Virus record (IMG/VR): IMGVR_UViG_3300025018_000106
Reading direction: 5' to 3' (one strand)
Origin: an uncultured virus (IMG/VR IMGVR_UViG_3300025018_000106)
Taxonomy: Duplodnaviria > Heunggongvirae > Uroviricota > Caudoviricetes
Length of the DNA stretch: 64,000 nt
Notes under the pieces: generated by a model
The model's database searches: none
Seen by the model: only the letters and a program-made list of their open reading frames with translations
What the model was told of the DNA's origin: nothing
Shown: positions 46,553-56,944 of the stretch, in pieces
Layout of the letters: each line of letters starts with the position of its first letter
Numbering within the stretch: position 1 is the stretch's first letter
Translations under genes and position numbers: made by a program

Positions 46553-47485
46553 ATGTCTGAACGGGGATTTGTTATCACTGAAAACTTGCGTGAAAGTGAT
46601 AACGCGACAAAAGACCAGCGAATTCTAAACAACCTGGGTGGCGAAGGCACCGCAGGCAACTTCGAACTGTTTTCCGGCAACCTGAGAAACGTCAGCACGA
46701 TTCCTTCAGGATCATACACCTATTCCGGAGGTTTTTACAATACGGACACCGACGACGGTTACGTTGCCTTTTCGAATCGAACGACCGTGAATCTGGTAAG
46801 AGACGGTGCCGTGGTTGCTACAGGTACCGTAACACTTTCTGACGGCATTAGCAAGTTTCAAATTCTGAATGACGACCAAAATCCTATTGCTCCGGGGTCG
46901 CCTAACGCCGATCTTGTTCGCTCTGACGCTGTGACGACAGAAAACATCATCAACCTGAGGCCGATTAGACTTGAAACGATTGCTGACTCGGGCGCTGAGA
47001 ACGGAAACTTTCTCGCAACTGAAGGCCAATCGGAACAAGATATTCTCAATACCAGAACAATCGCACAGAGTTACGATATCATCGACTCGGCGTTGTCTAT
47101 CTACTATTTCAAAAAGTCTAGGTTGCCTTTGTCTTACGAGGACAACATCTTCACACAAAACGTGTTCACAGACGGTTACATTCGTATCGTCAACGACGAC
47201 AACGTGCCGAGAGGCCCTACCTCACCTGGATTGTTCATCGTTCAAGACGGCATCGCGGAACGCGCTTTCGAAGGAGAGGACAATCCTTGGTCGGAAGTCG
47301 GTTCAACACTGGTTACCTCCGCAAACGCGGCCGTGAACACACTCACGGCGACCAATCCTGTTCTTACATCGATTGTGACGGTTGCAGAAGCGAACAACGT
47401 AACAAGAGCGAGCCACAAGATTCCTGTTGAAATCTTGGACGCAAGCGGCAATCCCGAAATCTACTATCTTCTGCTTACTACTTGA
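46553..47485 (+). CDS. hypothetical putative virion protein
   Basis: GAGG RBS; GF....NL.E......ILNNLGG N-terminus, SPGLFI; in the structural operon. Confidence 0.65.
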   Translation: MSERGFVITENLRESDNATKDQRILNNLGGEGTAGNFELFSGNLRNVSTIPSGSYTYSGGFYNTDTDDGYVAFSNRTTVNLVRDGAVVATGTVTLSDGISKFQILNDDQNPIAPGSPNADLVRSDAVTTENIINLRPIRLETIADSGAENGNFLATEGQSEQDILNTRTIAQSYDIIDSALSIYYFKKSRLPLSYEDNIFTQNVFTDGYIRIVNDDNVPRGPTSPGLFIVQDGIAERAFEGEDNPWSEVGSTLVTSANAAVNTLTATNPVLTSIVTVAEANNVTRASHKIPVEILDASGNPEIYYLLLTT

Positions 47486-49787
47486 TAAGGAACTTGAATG
47501 TTCCGTTCGGTGTGCCTAGAGGCAACACGCGAGAATAGGTGGTGTCAGAACCCGTTGTCGCAACAATATCGTTGACTTGATCCGTAATCGTAAGTTTCAA
47601 ACTCTGGAAGGTCAATTCGTTGACCTCCAGATTTGGGTGTGTATTACTGGTTCGAAGTCCGGCCGGCGTGCTGATAAACGGCGGAGCTGTGTTCAATGGC
47701 AGAACACAGAAAGACTTGTCATTAGCGCCGGGATCACCTGCTGCTTGATCTACCAGGATCAAGGTAGAGTTTTGCGGAATGGTGCCTGTCAAAGCATCGG
47801 AAATTCCAATCGCAGTTGAATTGACAGAAGTGACGGTCGTGCTGACTGGCACAACGTTACTATACTGCACAAAGTCTCCCGTGGCAATACCGTCTGTGTT
47901 GACGAGGAAAATCGTGTTCGCGCCTGCGGTTGCCTGTGTGGCGACTTCTGCACCATACACACCTATACATTCTGCTTCGCCTGAGAGGTCTTGTAGACCA
48001 GTGTGTGAGTAAACACCCACAATCGAACGCGTTGCGAAGGCAAGAGACTCGGCACCTTGGAAATCCGTCACCGTGATATTGACCGTGTTTGCAGACGTAT
48101 TAGCAACCGCCGACGCGATACGCAGCATGTTGGTATTGATCTGAGAAAAGTCGGTCGTGTCTGAACCGAACTCGACAGCGCCAGCAAGGTTGTCAACCTT
48201 GACTTCGGTGACTTCGTGTGGTGAACCTTCAAGAGGCACAAGTGTCGAACCGTCAGTCGTCATGTAGAGGCCGACCAGACCGAGGTTCTTGAACGCGATA
48301 CCTTCAATAGTGGTGTTCGCGTCTAGAATGCCGAAAACGTCTCGGTCAATGAATGCCTGACTGTTGCCTAGTTTTTCGATGATCTGGGTCGAATAGAACG
48401 TGTTCGCGTATTCAAAGACGATCCAATCACCTACGTTAAAGGTTGAGAAATTTGGAAATGTCGTAGGAACGACTTCCAGAAGGCCACGGCCTATCGAATT
48501 GAATTCAATAACACCGACAGCTGCGGTCGTGCGAAGATTGTCCTCTAATTGCAGGTTCGGTTCATAATCGATGATAATCGACTTGTCGGTTTCAATAGGA
48601 GAGTCCGAACGAGGATTCAACTCACCCACTCGGTTATTCAAGAAATAACGATACGAGAATTCGACCGGATTATTATTCGCCGGTGTCCTGTAGAAAATAG
48701 AATACGGCAAAATTCTACCAGTCGAACCTGTGCCTGTGCTATCGAAAGAAATTTCTTTCGACGTGTAGAAATTCACGCCAATGTCCGGGTATTCCGAAGG
48801 ATCGGGCCACCAAACCGCGAAACGTGTTTTCACTCTATCGAATTTAGACGCGCGGAAAGTAGAGTAATATTCTGTCTGAAAGTTTTCGCCAAGAGAGAAG
48901 TCGTAAAACAACACAAGAGGGTCGCCGTTGGCGTAATCACCCGAAATGTCCTGTGTTGTGACGATGAATTGTGAATCCGTATTCATATCAGAGACACGAA
49001 TATCCAATTGGGTATTCGATGTAATGAAGTCTCCAATCAGAGCATAACGAATATCTTCGCCCAAGTAAATGGTCGATTGATTGCCGTCGCCGGTAATGGA
49101 TTCGATAGTGACCGTCCGAGTCGGCGCATAAAAGGATGCGATTGTCCGCCAATTACCATCATCGAAAAGGTCTTGTTCGATATGGAAGAAACCAGAACCA
49201 GAAGCGCGGAAATTATTGAAAGTGGAGGCATAACCTTCCCATACAATACCCCCAAATGAGTCCTGAAATTCGGAGTAAATCTTGTCGTTTAGAACGAATA
49301 CACCGTTTTCCCAAAAATCAAGAGGACCAAATACACCGGCATCACCCGTATTCGCGGTGAAAATGTCGTCAATAGTCAGTTGACCGTTGGCGCCAAGTGT
49401 GGTAATGGTGTTTGCGTCTGCGATGAAATTTGACGGAAAGAAATAGGCGTCCGGTCCTGGTCCACCAGATGCAGCAGGCGGATTCTCGGTCACGACCTTG
49501 AAGTTTTCGATGTTGTCTCGAATGGTGACAAGAGGCGTCAACAGCTCTTGAACAGAACTGTTAGCAGGCGTATATGTTCTGTTGGTGTTTCGCAATTCTG
49601 CGAAGTCGTCGGTCGTGATATCCGTTGCGCTGAGACCGTTGATAACTCGAATGTCGGCAGGAATGAAACCGGTGTTTGCGTCAAGCGCGATACCGTCAAG
49701 TAGGTTACCGAGAGCCACGTCTTTGTTGGCAAGGTCACTCAGGTTGCGGTCACGTCTCAATCCGAATTTCTGGAACTTTGAAGCCAT
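47478..49787 (-). CDS. hypothetical putative virion protein in inverted orientation
   Basis: 769-aa ORF; KFGLRRDRNLSDL.....ALGNLL; CVLPLNTAPPF; has its own late promoter. Confidence 0.75.
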   Translation of the reverse strand: MASKFQKFGLRRDRNLSDLANKDVALGNLLDGIALDANTGFIPADIRVINGLSATDITTDDFAELRNTNRTYTPANSSVQELLTPLVTIRDNIENFKVVTENPPAASGGPGPDAYFFPSNFIADANTITTLGANGQLTIDDIFTANTGDAGVFGPLDFWENGVFVLNDKIYSEFQDSFGGIVWEGYASTFNNFRASGSGFFHIEQDLFDDGNWRTIASFYAPTRTVTIESITGDGNQSTIYLGEDIRYALIGDFITSNTQLDIRVSDMNTDSQFIVTTQDISGDYANGDPLVLFYDFSLGENFQTEYYSTFRASKFDRVKTRFAVWWPDPSEYPDIGVNFYTSKEISFDSTGTGSTGRILPYSIFYRTPANNNPVEFSYRYFLNNRVGELNPRSDSPIETDKSIIIDYEPNLQLEDNLRTTAAVGVIEFNSIGRGLLEVVPTTFPNFSTFNVGDWIVFEYANTFYSTQIIEKLGNSQAFIDRDVFGILDANTTIEGIAFKNLGLVGLYMTTDGSTLVPLEGSPHEVTEVKVDNLAGAVEFGSDTTDFSQINTNMLRIASAVANTSANTVNITVTDFQGAESLAFATRSIVGVYSHTGLQDLSGEAECIGVYGAEVATQATAGANTIFLVNTDGIATGDFVQYSNVVPVSTTVTSVNSTAIGISDALTGTIPQNSTLILVDQAAGDPGANDKSFCVLPLNTAPPFISTPAGLRTSNTHPNLEVNELTFQSLKLTITDQVNDIVATTGSDTTYSRVLPLGTPNGTFKFLIK

Positions 49788-49820
49788 AGTCTGTCCTGTT
49801 GGTGTAATCTTCGTTGCCTG

Positions 49821-49832
49821 TATTTATAAATA
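49821..49832. promoter_or_regulatory. palindromic bidirectional late promoter
   Basis: TATTTATAAATA gives TATAAATA on both strands, between divergent genes. Confidence 0.85.
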
Positions 49833-49859
49833 GAAGCAGGCACAGATGGGGAAGAAACA

Positions 49860-50192
49860 ATGGCAATCAAGGCGAATCTAGTAATCGATCAAGGAACAGA
49901 CTTCAGCGCAAAAATCGACCTGGTTGACGGCGAAGATCAACCATATGATCTGACAGGGTTTACAGCGGCCGCCCAGATGCGCAAAAACTACGCTTCGGAG
50001 ACGGCCTACGACTTCACCGTAACAGACAACGACGCACAAGGTCAACTCTTTCTCACAATGAACAGCGCCACGACTTCACAATTGGAGCCGGGACGTTACC
50101 TCTATGACGTTGAAATCACGTCAGCAGGCGGTGCGATCACGCGAGTCGTTGAAGGCATCGTAACTGTAACACCAGGAATTACGAGAAGCTAA
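49860..50192 (+). CDS. small virion protein (BppU-N-like)
   Basis: ANLVIDQGTDF, DLTGFT..AQMRK.Y, GRYLYDVEI, RVVEGIVTVTPG. Confidence 0.75.
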   Translation: MAIKANLVIDQGTDFSAKIDLVDGEDQPYDLTGFTAAAQMRKNYASETAYDFTVTDNDAQGQLFLTMNSATTSQLEPGRYLYDVEITSAGGAITRVVEGIVTVTPGITRS

Positions 50193-50195
50193 GAC

Positions 50196-50450
50196 ATGAC
50201 GAACATTCGAGCTAAAGTAACACCTACAAGTGGAACGGCACTCAAAGCAAAAGTCACACCCAGCAATGAATTTCTAGTCAACAACTATTCGGTGAACGCT
50301 AGTAACATCAAACTGGGTGATATCTTCGACGTTGACATTAGCAACGTCTCCGATGGTGCTGTCATTCTATACAACGGCAGCCGTGAGGTTTGGGAGGCGA
50401 CGCCGCTTATGAATAATCAGAATACAATCATTAACGGAGGCAACTTCTAA
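50196..50450 (+). CDS. small fibre-associated protein
   Basis: LGDIFDVD..DGAVILYN...W; C-terminal INGGNF. Confidence 0.7.
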   Translation: MTNIRAKVTPTSGTALKAKVTPSNEFLVNNYSVNASNIKLGDIFDVDISNVSDGAVILYNGSREVWEATPLMNNQNTIINGGNF

Positions 50451-52459
50451 TGTCGATCCTCAAAATCAAAAGATCGGGCACGACAGGCGCGCCGCCAGCA
50501 CTCGCGCAGGCGGAACTTGCCTACTCATATCTTGCTGGCACACTTTCAAATGGTGGGGATCGTCTCTACATCGGTACCGGCACCGAAACGAACGGCGCGG
50601 CCGCTAACATCGAAGTGATCGGTGGTAAGTATTTCACCGAGAAACTTGACCACACGCCTGGTATCCTGACTGCTAACTCTGCAATTATCACAGACGCCGA
50701 CAACAAGATCAACCAGCTTTTGGTTGATAACCTGTCTTTGGATGGTAACAGTATAACATCGACCAACTTGAATGGCAACATCGTTCTTGATCCAAATGGT
50801 TCGGGTGTCATTCAACTAAACGGTCCTGTTGAATTCTCCGAGACCGTTACCTTTGCAGCGAACGCATCGTTCGAAACCCTTGACGCGAACACGTTGTCCG
50901 CAGATACCGGCACGATTGGTAGTTTGGCGGTCTCTGACCTGACAAACAGCCGCGTTGTTTTTGCGGGCGCTTCTGGCGAACTTCAAGACTCCGCAAACCT
51001 GGCGTTTAACGGCTCTGTTCTAACAGTAACAGGCACCACAAACACAACGAACTTGGTTGCAGGATCAGCCCGCGTTTCCGATCTGACACAGAACCGAATT
51101 GTTGTGGTGGGCGCATCCGGCGAGTTGCAGGACTTTGCAGGCCTGACATATACGACAGCGCAATTTACGGTAAGCACAAACACCCAGATCACCGGCACAA
51201 CGACAGTGACGGGAGAAATGGACGTTGATAATCTGAACTTCAACGGTTCTACAATCTCCACAACGTCTCTTAACTCTAACTTGGTGTTGTCTACGAACGG
51301 CCTCGGCAACATCGTTGTTAACAATTCGCGTATCACGGGTGTTGCTAACCCAACAGGCAACACCGATGTTGTGACACTTGGTTATCTACAGAACACTTAC
51401 ACCTCGGTTCTGACATTTACAGGCGACTCCGGTTCTGACACCATCGACCTGAGAACACAGACGCTTGATATCTCGGGCAACACCGGTATCACCACGACAG
51501 TCACCAACAACCAGATTGATATTGATCTGGACAACACCACAGTTGTTCCTGGTACCTACGGTTCGACCACGGCGATTCCTACGTTTACGGTCGACCAACA
51601 GGGCCGTTTGACCGCGGCGTCTGAAGTCCAAGTCGCAACCGTTCTGAATATCACAGGCGACACAGGTTCCGATGTTGTAAACCTACTTACCGAGACACTT
51701 GACTTCCAAGGCGGAACCGGCGTCACGACAACGGTCTCAAACAACCAGGTCACGATTGCGATTGGACAAGACGTTTCAACATCCGCTAACGTGACGTTCC
51801 AAGACGTTGAAGTGTCCGGCAATCTTTCAGTCGATGGCGACCTACTTGTTTCGGGTAACACCGCGACAATCAATGTGAACACAATCGCGGTTGAAGATCC
51901 TCTTATCTATCTGGCGACACAAAACCTAGCAGACACCGTAGATATCGGTGTTGCAGGTCTATATGACGGCAACACAACGCCAAAATATACCGGTATCTTC
52001 CGTGACGCCACAAACTCTGAGTGGTATATCTTCGACTCTTATCAGCCGGCAGACGTGAATTCAAATGTCATTGATAGAAATAATCCTTCGTTTTCGCTTT
52101 CTACTTTGAACGCTGATATCTATCGCTTCTCACAGATTGCACTGTCTCTAACAGGGGACGTTGTTGGTGCCGTGAATATCTCAAACCTCGGTGCAGGCAA
52201 CATAAGTATCTCGACTGCGATTCAACCGAATTCGGTCGCGCTCGGCACAGACACCACAGGCAACTATGTCCAGTCGGTTTCTGTCACATCGGGAACTGGT
52301 CTGTCTCTGGCCGGTTCTGGCGAAGGCGCTGTTGTGACGATTGCAGGTGTGAACGCTACGACCACAGGTACAAAAGGTGTTGCAACATATGATGCAACCA
52401 ACTTTGATGTAACTGCCGGTCTTGTCAGTATTGACACTGTAGACGGTGGCGCCTACTAA
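50450..52459 (+). CDS. tail fibre-like protein
   Basis: IKRSG...P..L...ELAYS N-terminal domain; duplicated SDLT..R.V..GASGELQD and L..TGD.GSD...L..TLD modules; ends DGGAY. Confidence 0.75.
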   Translation: MSILKIKRSGTTGAPPALAQAELAYSYLAGTLSNGGDRLYIGTGTETNGAAANIEVIGGKYFTEKLDHTPGILTANSAIITDADNKINQLLVDNLSLDGNSITSTNLNGNIVLDPNGSGVIQLNGPVEFSETVTFAANASFETLDANTLSADTGTIGSLAVSDLTNSRVVFAGASGELQDSANLAFNGSVLTVTGTTNTTNLVAGSARVSDLTQNRIVVVGASGELQDFAGLTYTTAQFTVSTNTQITGTTTVTGEMDVDNLNFNGSTISTTSLNSNLVLSTNGLGNIVVNNSRITGVANPTGNTDVVTLGYLQNTYTSVLTFTGDSGSDTIDLRTQTLDISGNTGITTTVTNNQIDIDLDNTTVVPGTYGSTTAIPTFTVDQQGRLTAASEVQVATVLNITGDTGSDVVNLLTETLDFQGGTGVTTTVSNNQVTIAIGQDVSTSANVTFQDVEVSGNLSVDGDLLVSGNTATINVNTIAVEDPLIYLATQNLADTVDIGVAGLYDGNTTPKYTGIFRDATNSEWYIFDSYQPADVNSNVIDRNNPSFSLSTLNADIYRFSQIALSLTGDVVGAVNISNLGAGNISISTAIQPNSVALGTDTTGNYVQSVSVTSGTGLSLAGSGEGAVVTIAGVNATTTGTKGVATYDATNFDVTAGLVSIDTVDGGAY

Positions 52460-52534
52460 ATGATTCGCGGGGCTCCATAGCCTCCTTCCTATCTCACCGG
52501 GCTACATAGCCGATTATAACAGAGGTGATAACAT

Positions 52535-55500
52535 ATGTCAACCATTAAATTGAAAAGAAGTGTGGTTCCTGGCAAGGTTCCGACGACCGCAGTCCTGGAA
52601 CTAGGCGAAGTCGCGATCAACACCTATGACGGCGACATGTTCATCAAGAAAGACGATGGCACACAGTCCATCGTCAAAGTCAATGTGGACTCGACCACCG
52701 ACGTTCCAGAAGGAACGAACCTGTATTTCACAAACGAACGCGTTGACGACAGAGTTAACAATCTTCTGGTCGAAGGTGAAGGTATCACACTCACATACAA
52801 TGACACGGCGAACACTTTGACCATCGCTGTGAACCCTACTGGTTTGCCTGCTAACGTTTCATCTTCATCTATTGGCGAACTTCAAGACGTTACGCTGTCA
52901 CTGCCTACCAATGGACAAGTCCTTGTCTGGAGAAACAACTCAGAATTCGTCAACGAAACTCTGACGACCACGGACGTATCGGAGGGTACCAACCTCTATT
53001 ACACCGTGGCAAGAGCAAACACCGCGATTGACGCGCGGGTAACCAAGTCGTTTGTGGACGGTCTGAATATCAACGCTGATCTACTTGACGGCCAACAAGG
53101 CACTTACTATCTCGACTGGACCAACACGACAAACAAGCCCGACCCAAGAATCACGATAACACTCTCAGGTGACGTGACAGGTTCAGGCAATACGACGCTG
53201 ACCGACCTTGCAAACGGTTCTATCTCTATCACAACCACCGTCGCAGACGACAGCCATAACCACGTCATTTCGAACATCGGTGGTCTGCAAACCGCACTTG
53301 ACAACAAGGTTGACGAAACCGTAAACGTTATCGCGGGCGCTGGTCTGACAGGCGGCGGCGCTTTGACTGCTAACGTGACTATCTCGCACGCCGACACATC
53401 CGCACAAGCGTCTGTCAACAACTCTAACGGCACCGTGATCCAAGATATCACACTCGACACTTACGGCCATATTACCGCTATTGGTTCTGTGAACCTTGAT
53501 TCGCGTTACTACACCGAATCCGAAGCAGATTCTCGATTCGTGAATGTGACTGGCGATACTATGACCGGTAACTTGGTCGTAGGCGGCACACTACAAAGCG
53601 ACACTTTGAGATACACGCGATCTTTCAATCTGGGCGGTAACACCGACTTGAACGCTTTGGCTGAGTCCGGTTTCTTCGATGCGAGTGATGCACAGCAGGC
53701 GCCTACTACAGGATGGTATTACTACACACAACAGCGACACACATACGATAACGGTTATCGCGTTCAAACGGCGACACAATTTTCCACCAATCCTTCGTTG
53801 TATGTTCGAACCCAACAGGCAAACACCTGGAACTCTTGGTATCAAATCTGGACAAGTGGCACTGACGGTGCGGGCTCTGGTCTGGATGCCGATCTTCTAG
53901 ACGGCGTTCAAGGATCAAACTACGCAAGAACTGATATTGCGGAGTCGTTTGCGAACAACGTTACAATTTCAAACAACCTGACGGTCGGCGGCGACCTTAC
54001 GATCAGCGGCACCACAACGTCTGTTAACACCGACCAACTTCGCGTTGAGGACTCTATCATCACCCTCGCAACGGGTCAAGCGACTCCGTTAAACGATATC
54101 GGTATGTTGTTCCAGAGATATGCGTCCGCGAACAGCACGAACTTCAATCTCGCGATGATTTGGGATGAAAGTCTGGACGAATTTGTTATCGGCCAGACCT
54201 CTTCCGATGGACAAGGCACGACGATTGCATTTAGTGAGGAATACGCGCGTATCGGCAATGGCACCATCATCACCGAAAAAATTATAGGCGCTAACGCTCC
54301 GACCAACTCTTTCATCGATTTGGATGACGACGACAGTGGCGTAAACCATGTCACACTCGCGGCTATCTCTGGATTGAATTTGTTGTTCGACACAAACGAC
54401 AACGATGCAGAGTTTTTCAGAATAGGATCGGGAGCTGCAACATTGGGTTCGGCTACAACGCACTTTGTTGTAGACAATTTTGGCAACGTTGGTATCAACA
54501 AAGACACGCCTGAAGCGAGATTGGATGTTTTCGGAAACACAAATCTCGACGGCAGAGTTGATATTTCAGGTCGTCAACAAATTATCGGCCCATCTGTCCA
54601 AAGAATTGTCTATGAAGAACATTTTCCTAATGGCGACGATGGTGTTGGAGCTAACAGCTCACTGACAGCTACAGGTGACCTGGGCGAATACACTTTCGAC
54701 ACACATAACGGTTCTGGAAATTTCCAGGTCGATACGGTAGCTACTACGAATGACTGGGCAACGCCTAACGCAATTCGATTGAGTCTAAATGCCCGCATGA
54801 CAAGTCCACAAATTGATTTGCGTGATTACCGCATTTTCGATTCTGGATCATCTTCCGACGATGGTAATCCACACAATCAAACCCGACTTCAAATGACATG
54901 GTCGTATCGCGCGTATTCGAACGATTCGATTGGTGAAAACTGCGTTCTTGAAGTCTGGAACGGTTCGTCTTGGATTGAAGTTTGGCGTGCCTTTGGTGAT
55001 ACTGATGGCTCAACATTCGCAAACGCTGATGTTTGGCGAACAGCTTCTGTTGATATTACACCATATATCAATGGTTCTAATCTTTTCCAATACCGCTTCT
55101 TTACGACTTTTGGAGCCGGCGTTGCTGACTTCTTTATAATCTCGGATGTGTTCTTCCACGAATCACATGTGCCTTTGAGATTGGGTCACACAATGACCTA
55201 TTCCGACCGTCATGAATTTACTGCGAATGTTGTATTCGCGGGCGGCACAACAACATATAACGCGAACGCACAGTTTTTGGCTGAAGCGACGTTCGCAAAC
55301 ACGGTTGTCATTTCTGGCAACGGAAACGCTCTACAATTGAACGGCGGCGATTTGGTGATTGAAAAATCATCAGGTGCAACCGCACTTGCCGTTCTCGACA
55401 ACAGCAGCTCTGGTTCTTCACCGCACGTCTTGATTCGAGGACAACGTTTGGACGACAACATGCATTTTGAAGGTAAACTCGCACTCGCAAAGTGGAGAAC

Positions 55501-56932
55501 AGACGCTGCACAAGCAACTGGAAGCGGTAACAGCAAACTAGGAACAATTTTCTTCGGCGGCAACCACACAAACGGTTCCGAAGCGAATATTCTTTACGCT
55601 GCGCAAATCTCGGGTATCGCAGGTAGCCTAGGAAACTGGACATCAAACACCGATATGGCAACCGATATCGCGTTCTTCACCGGATCGACAGGTGTTGACA
55701 TTGCGGGCAACGTCTCTGCTGGCACAGAAAGAATGCGTATCCGTTCAAACGGTCAAGTGGGTATCGGCACATCCACACCGGAAAGTCTATTGCACGTCTC
55801 GGGCGGCGACATTAGATTCACCAATAACATCGTTGCTCCTACCACACAAAACAGAACAAAGTATTGGGTCTGGAGCAGCTCTGCATACGGCATAGGTATG
55901 CAGAACAGTTTTACCTACGGCGGCCTGTCTAACGACTACGCTATGACCTTCCAGATGAACAACGACAACACCCGGGGTTTCTGGTGGGGCGACTCAAGCC
56001 ACGCAAACAACCAGGGCGCGATGGCTCTGACGACAAACGGTCGACTTACCGTTGCGAACTCTATCCGTGTTGGTTACGGCGAAGGCGACAACACAACGCC
56101 TGGTTCTAAAACCAACCAGGCCGATAATACAGGCGCATCCAATTACCTCCTTGAAGTCAACGGCGCCATTGAAGCGGAATCTTTTGTTGCGACAGGCTCT
56201 CATGGCATTCTTTGGGAAAACGGTGTGAACCGTATATCACATAACGATGGCGGCGGCGGCAACGTTCAAATACGTCTTGGTCACAAATACGCCACAGGCG
56301 CCGAAGTCTACACCCACGTCGGTGCCGCAGTTGATATTGAGTCCAACATCGATACGACTGACAATGCCGCTTTGTATGTAAATTTCAATCTGTCTACCAA
56401 CCCAGGCGCGGGTGTTGGCAACACCGTTGTATGGTCGACACCACTCTCTATCGTCAAAGATGGTATTACCGTTGGTGGCGAATTCGGCTCTGGTATAATC
56501 AATTTTCGAGACTCAAACACTTTTATCATCAATTCGGGAGATAGACTACAGGTTGAATTGCAACCGGGCACAGGCGAATTTCTTGTTGAAGTAGGCAATA
56601 CTGACCTTTTGCGTGTTGATGCCGACGGCGGTGTTTTTTCTGCTGCTGAAGTGGTTTCTGACACGACAAGATGGGCATCATCGAATACGATCTTCACCGA
56701 CTATTCATCAGGCGGCCGCGCTGTAGACACAGCGTATCAAGCCATCGCTGGCACTTTGTATGTCCACATGGAAACAACAACACAGGATACAATTCAACTC
56801 TCTCCAAATGGCACAACATGGTACATCACTTCTGACAACCCGGCCGTCGGTATATTCTTTATTGTGCCTCAAGGATGGTATTACAGAATAGGACCCGCGG
56901 CAGTTGTGCGCAGATGGTATGAATGGACATAA
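52535..56932 (+). CDS. long tail fibre protein
   Basis: IKLKRSVVPGKVPT...L.LGE.AINT.DG N-terminus; EGTNLY.T repeats; DADLLDG repeats; knob-like DLNAL..SGFF; G.VGIGT.TP repeats. Confidence 0.82.
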   Translation: MSTIKLKRSVVPGKVPTTAVLELGEVAINTYDGDMFIKKDDGTQSIVKVNVDSTTDVPEGTNLYFTNERVDDRVNNLLVEGEGITLTYNDTANTLTIAVNPTGLPANVSSSSIGELQDVTLSLPTNGQVLVWRNNSEFVNETLTTTDVSEGTNLYYTVARANTAIDARVTKSFVDGLNINADLLDGQQGTYYLDWTNTTNKPDPRITITLSGDVTGSGNTTLTDLANGSISITTTVADDSHNHVISNIGGLQTALDNKVDETVNVIAGAGLTGGGALTANVTISHADTSAQASVNNSNGTVIQDITLDTYGHITAIGSVNLDSRYYTESEADSRFVNVTGDTMTGNLVVGGTLQSDTLRYTRSFNLGGNTDLNALAESGFFDASDAQQAPTTGWYYYTQQRHTYDNGYRVQTATQFSTNPSLYVRTQQANTWNSWYQIWTSGTDGAGSGLDADLLDGVQGSNYARTDIAESFANNVTISNNLTVGGDLTISGTTTSVNTDQLRVEDSIITLATGQATPLNDIGMLFQRYASANSTNFNLAMIWDESLDEFVIGQTSSDGQGTTIAFSEEYARIGNGTIITEKIIGANAPTNSFIDLDDDDSGVNHVTLAAISGLNLLFDTNDNDAEFFRIGSGAATLGSATTHFVVDNFGNVGINKDTPEARLDVFGNTNLDGRVDISGRQQIIGPSVQRIVYEEHFPNGDDGVGANSSLTATGDLGEYTFDTHNGSGNFQVDTVATTNDWATPNAIRLSLNARMTSPQIDLRDYRIFDSGSSSDDGNPHNQTRLQMTWSYRAYSNDSIGENCVLEVWNGSSWIEVWRAFGDTDGSTFANADVWRTASVDITPYINGSNLFQYRFFTTFGAGVADFFIISDVFFHESHVPLRLGHTMTYSDRHEFTANVVFAGGTTTYNANAQFLAEATFANTVVISGNGNALQLNGGDLVIEKSSGATALAVLDNSSSGSSPHVLIRGQRLDDNMHFEGKLALAKWRTDAAQATGSGNSKLGTIFFGGNHTNGSEANILYAAQISGIAGSLGNWTSNTDMATDIAFFTGSTGVDIAGNVSAGTERMRIRSNGQVGIGTSTPESLLHVSGGDIRFTNNIVAPTTQNRTKYWVWSSSAYGIGMQNSFTYGGLSNDYAMTFQMNNDNTRGFWWGDSSHANNQGAMALTTNGRLTVANSIRVGYGEGDNTTPGSKTNQADNTGASNYLLEVNGAIEAESFVATGSHGILWENGVNRISHNDGGGGNVQIRLGHKYATGAEVYTHVGAAVDIESNIDTTDNAALYVNFNLSTNPGAGVGNTVVWSTPLSIVKDGITVGGEFGSGIINFRDSNTFIINSGDRLQVELQPGTGEFLVEVGNTDLLRVDADGGVFSAAEVVSDTTRWASSNTIFTDYSSGGRAVDTAYQAIAGTLYVHMETTTQDTIQLSPNGTTWYITSDNPAVGIFFIVPQGWYYRIGPAAVVRRWYEWT

Positions 56933-56944
56933 GGAGAATAGAGA

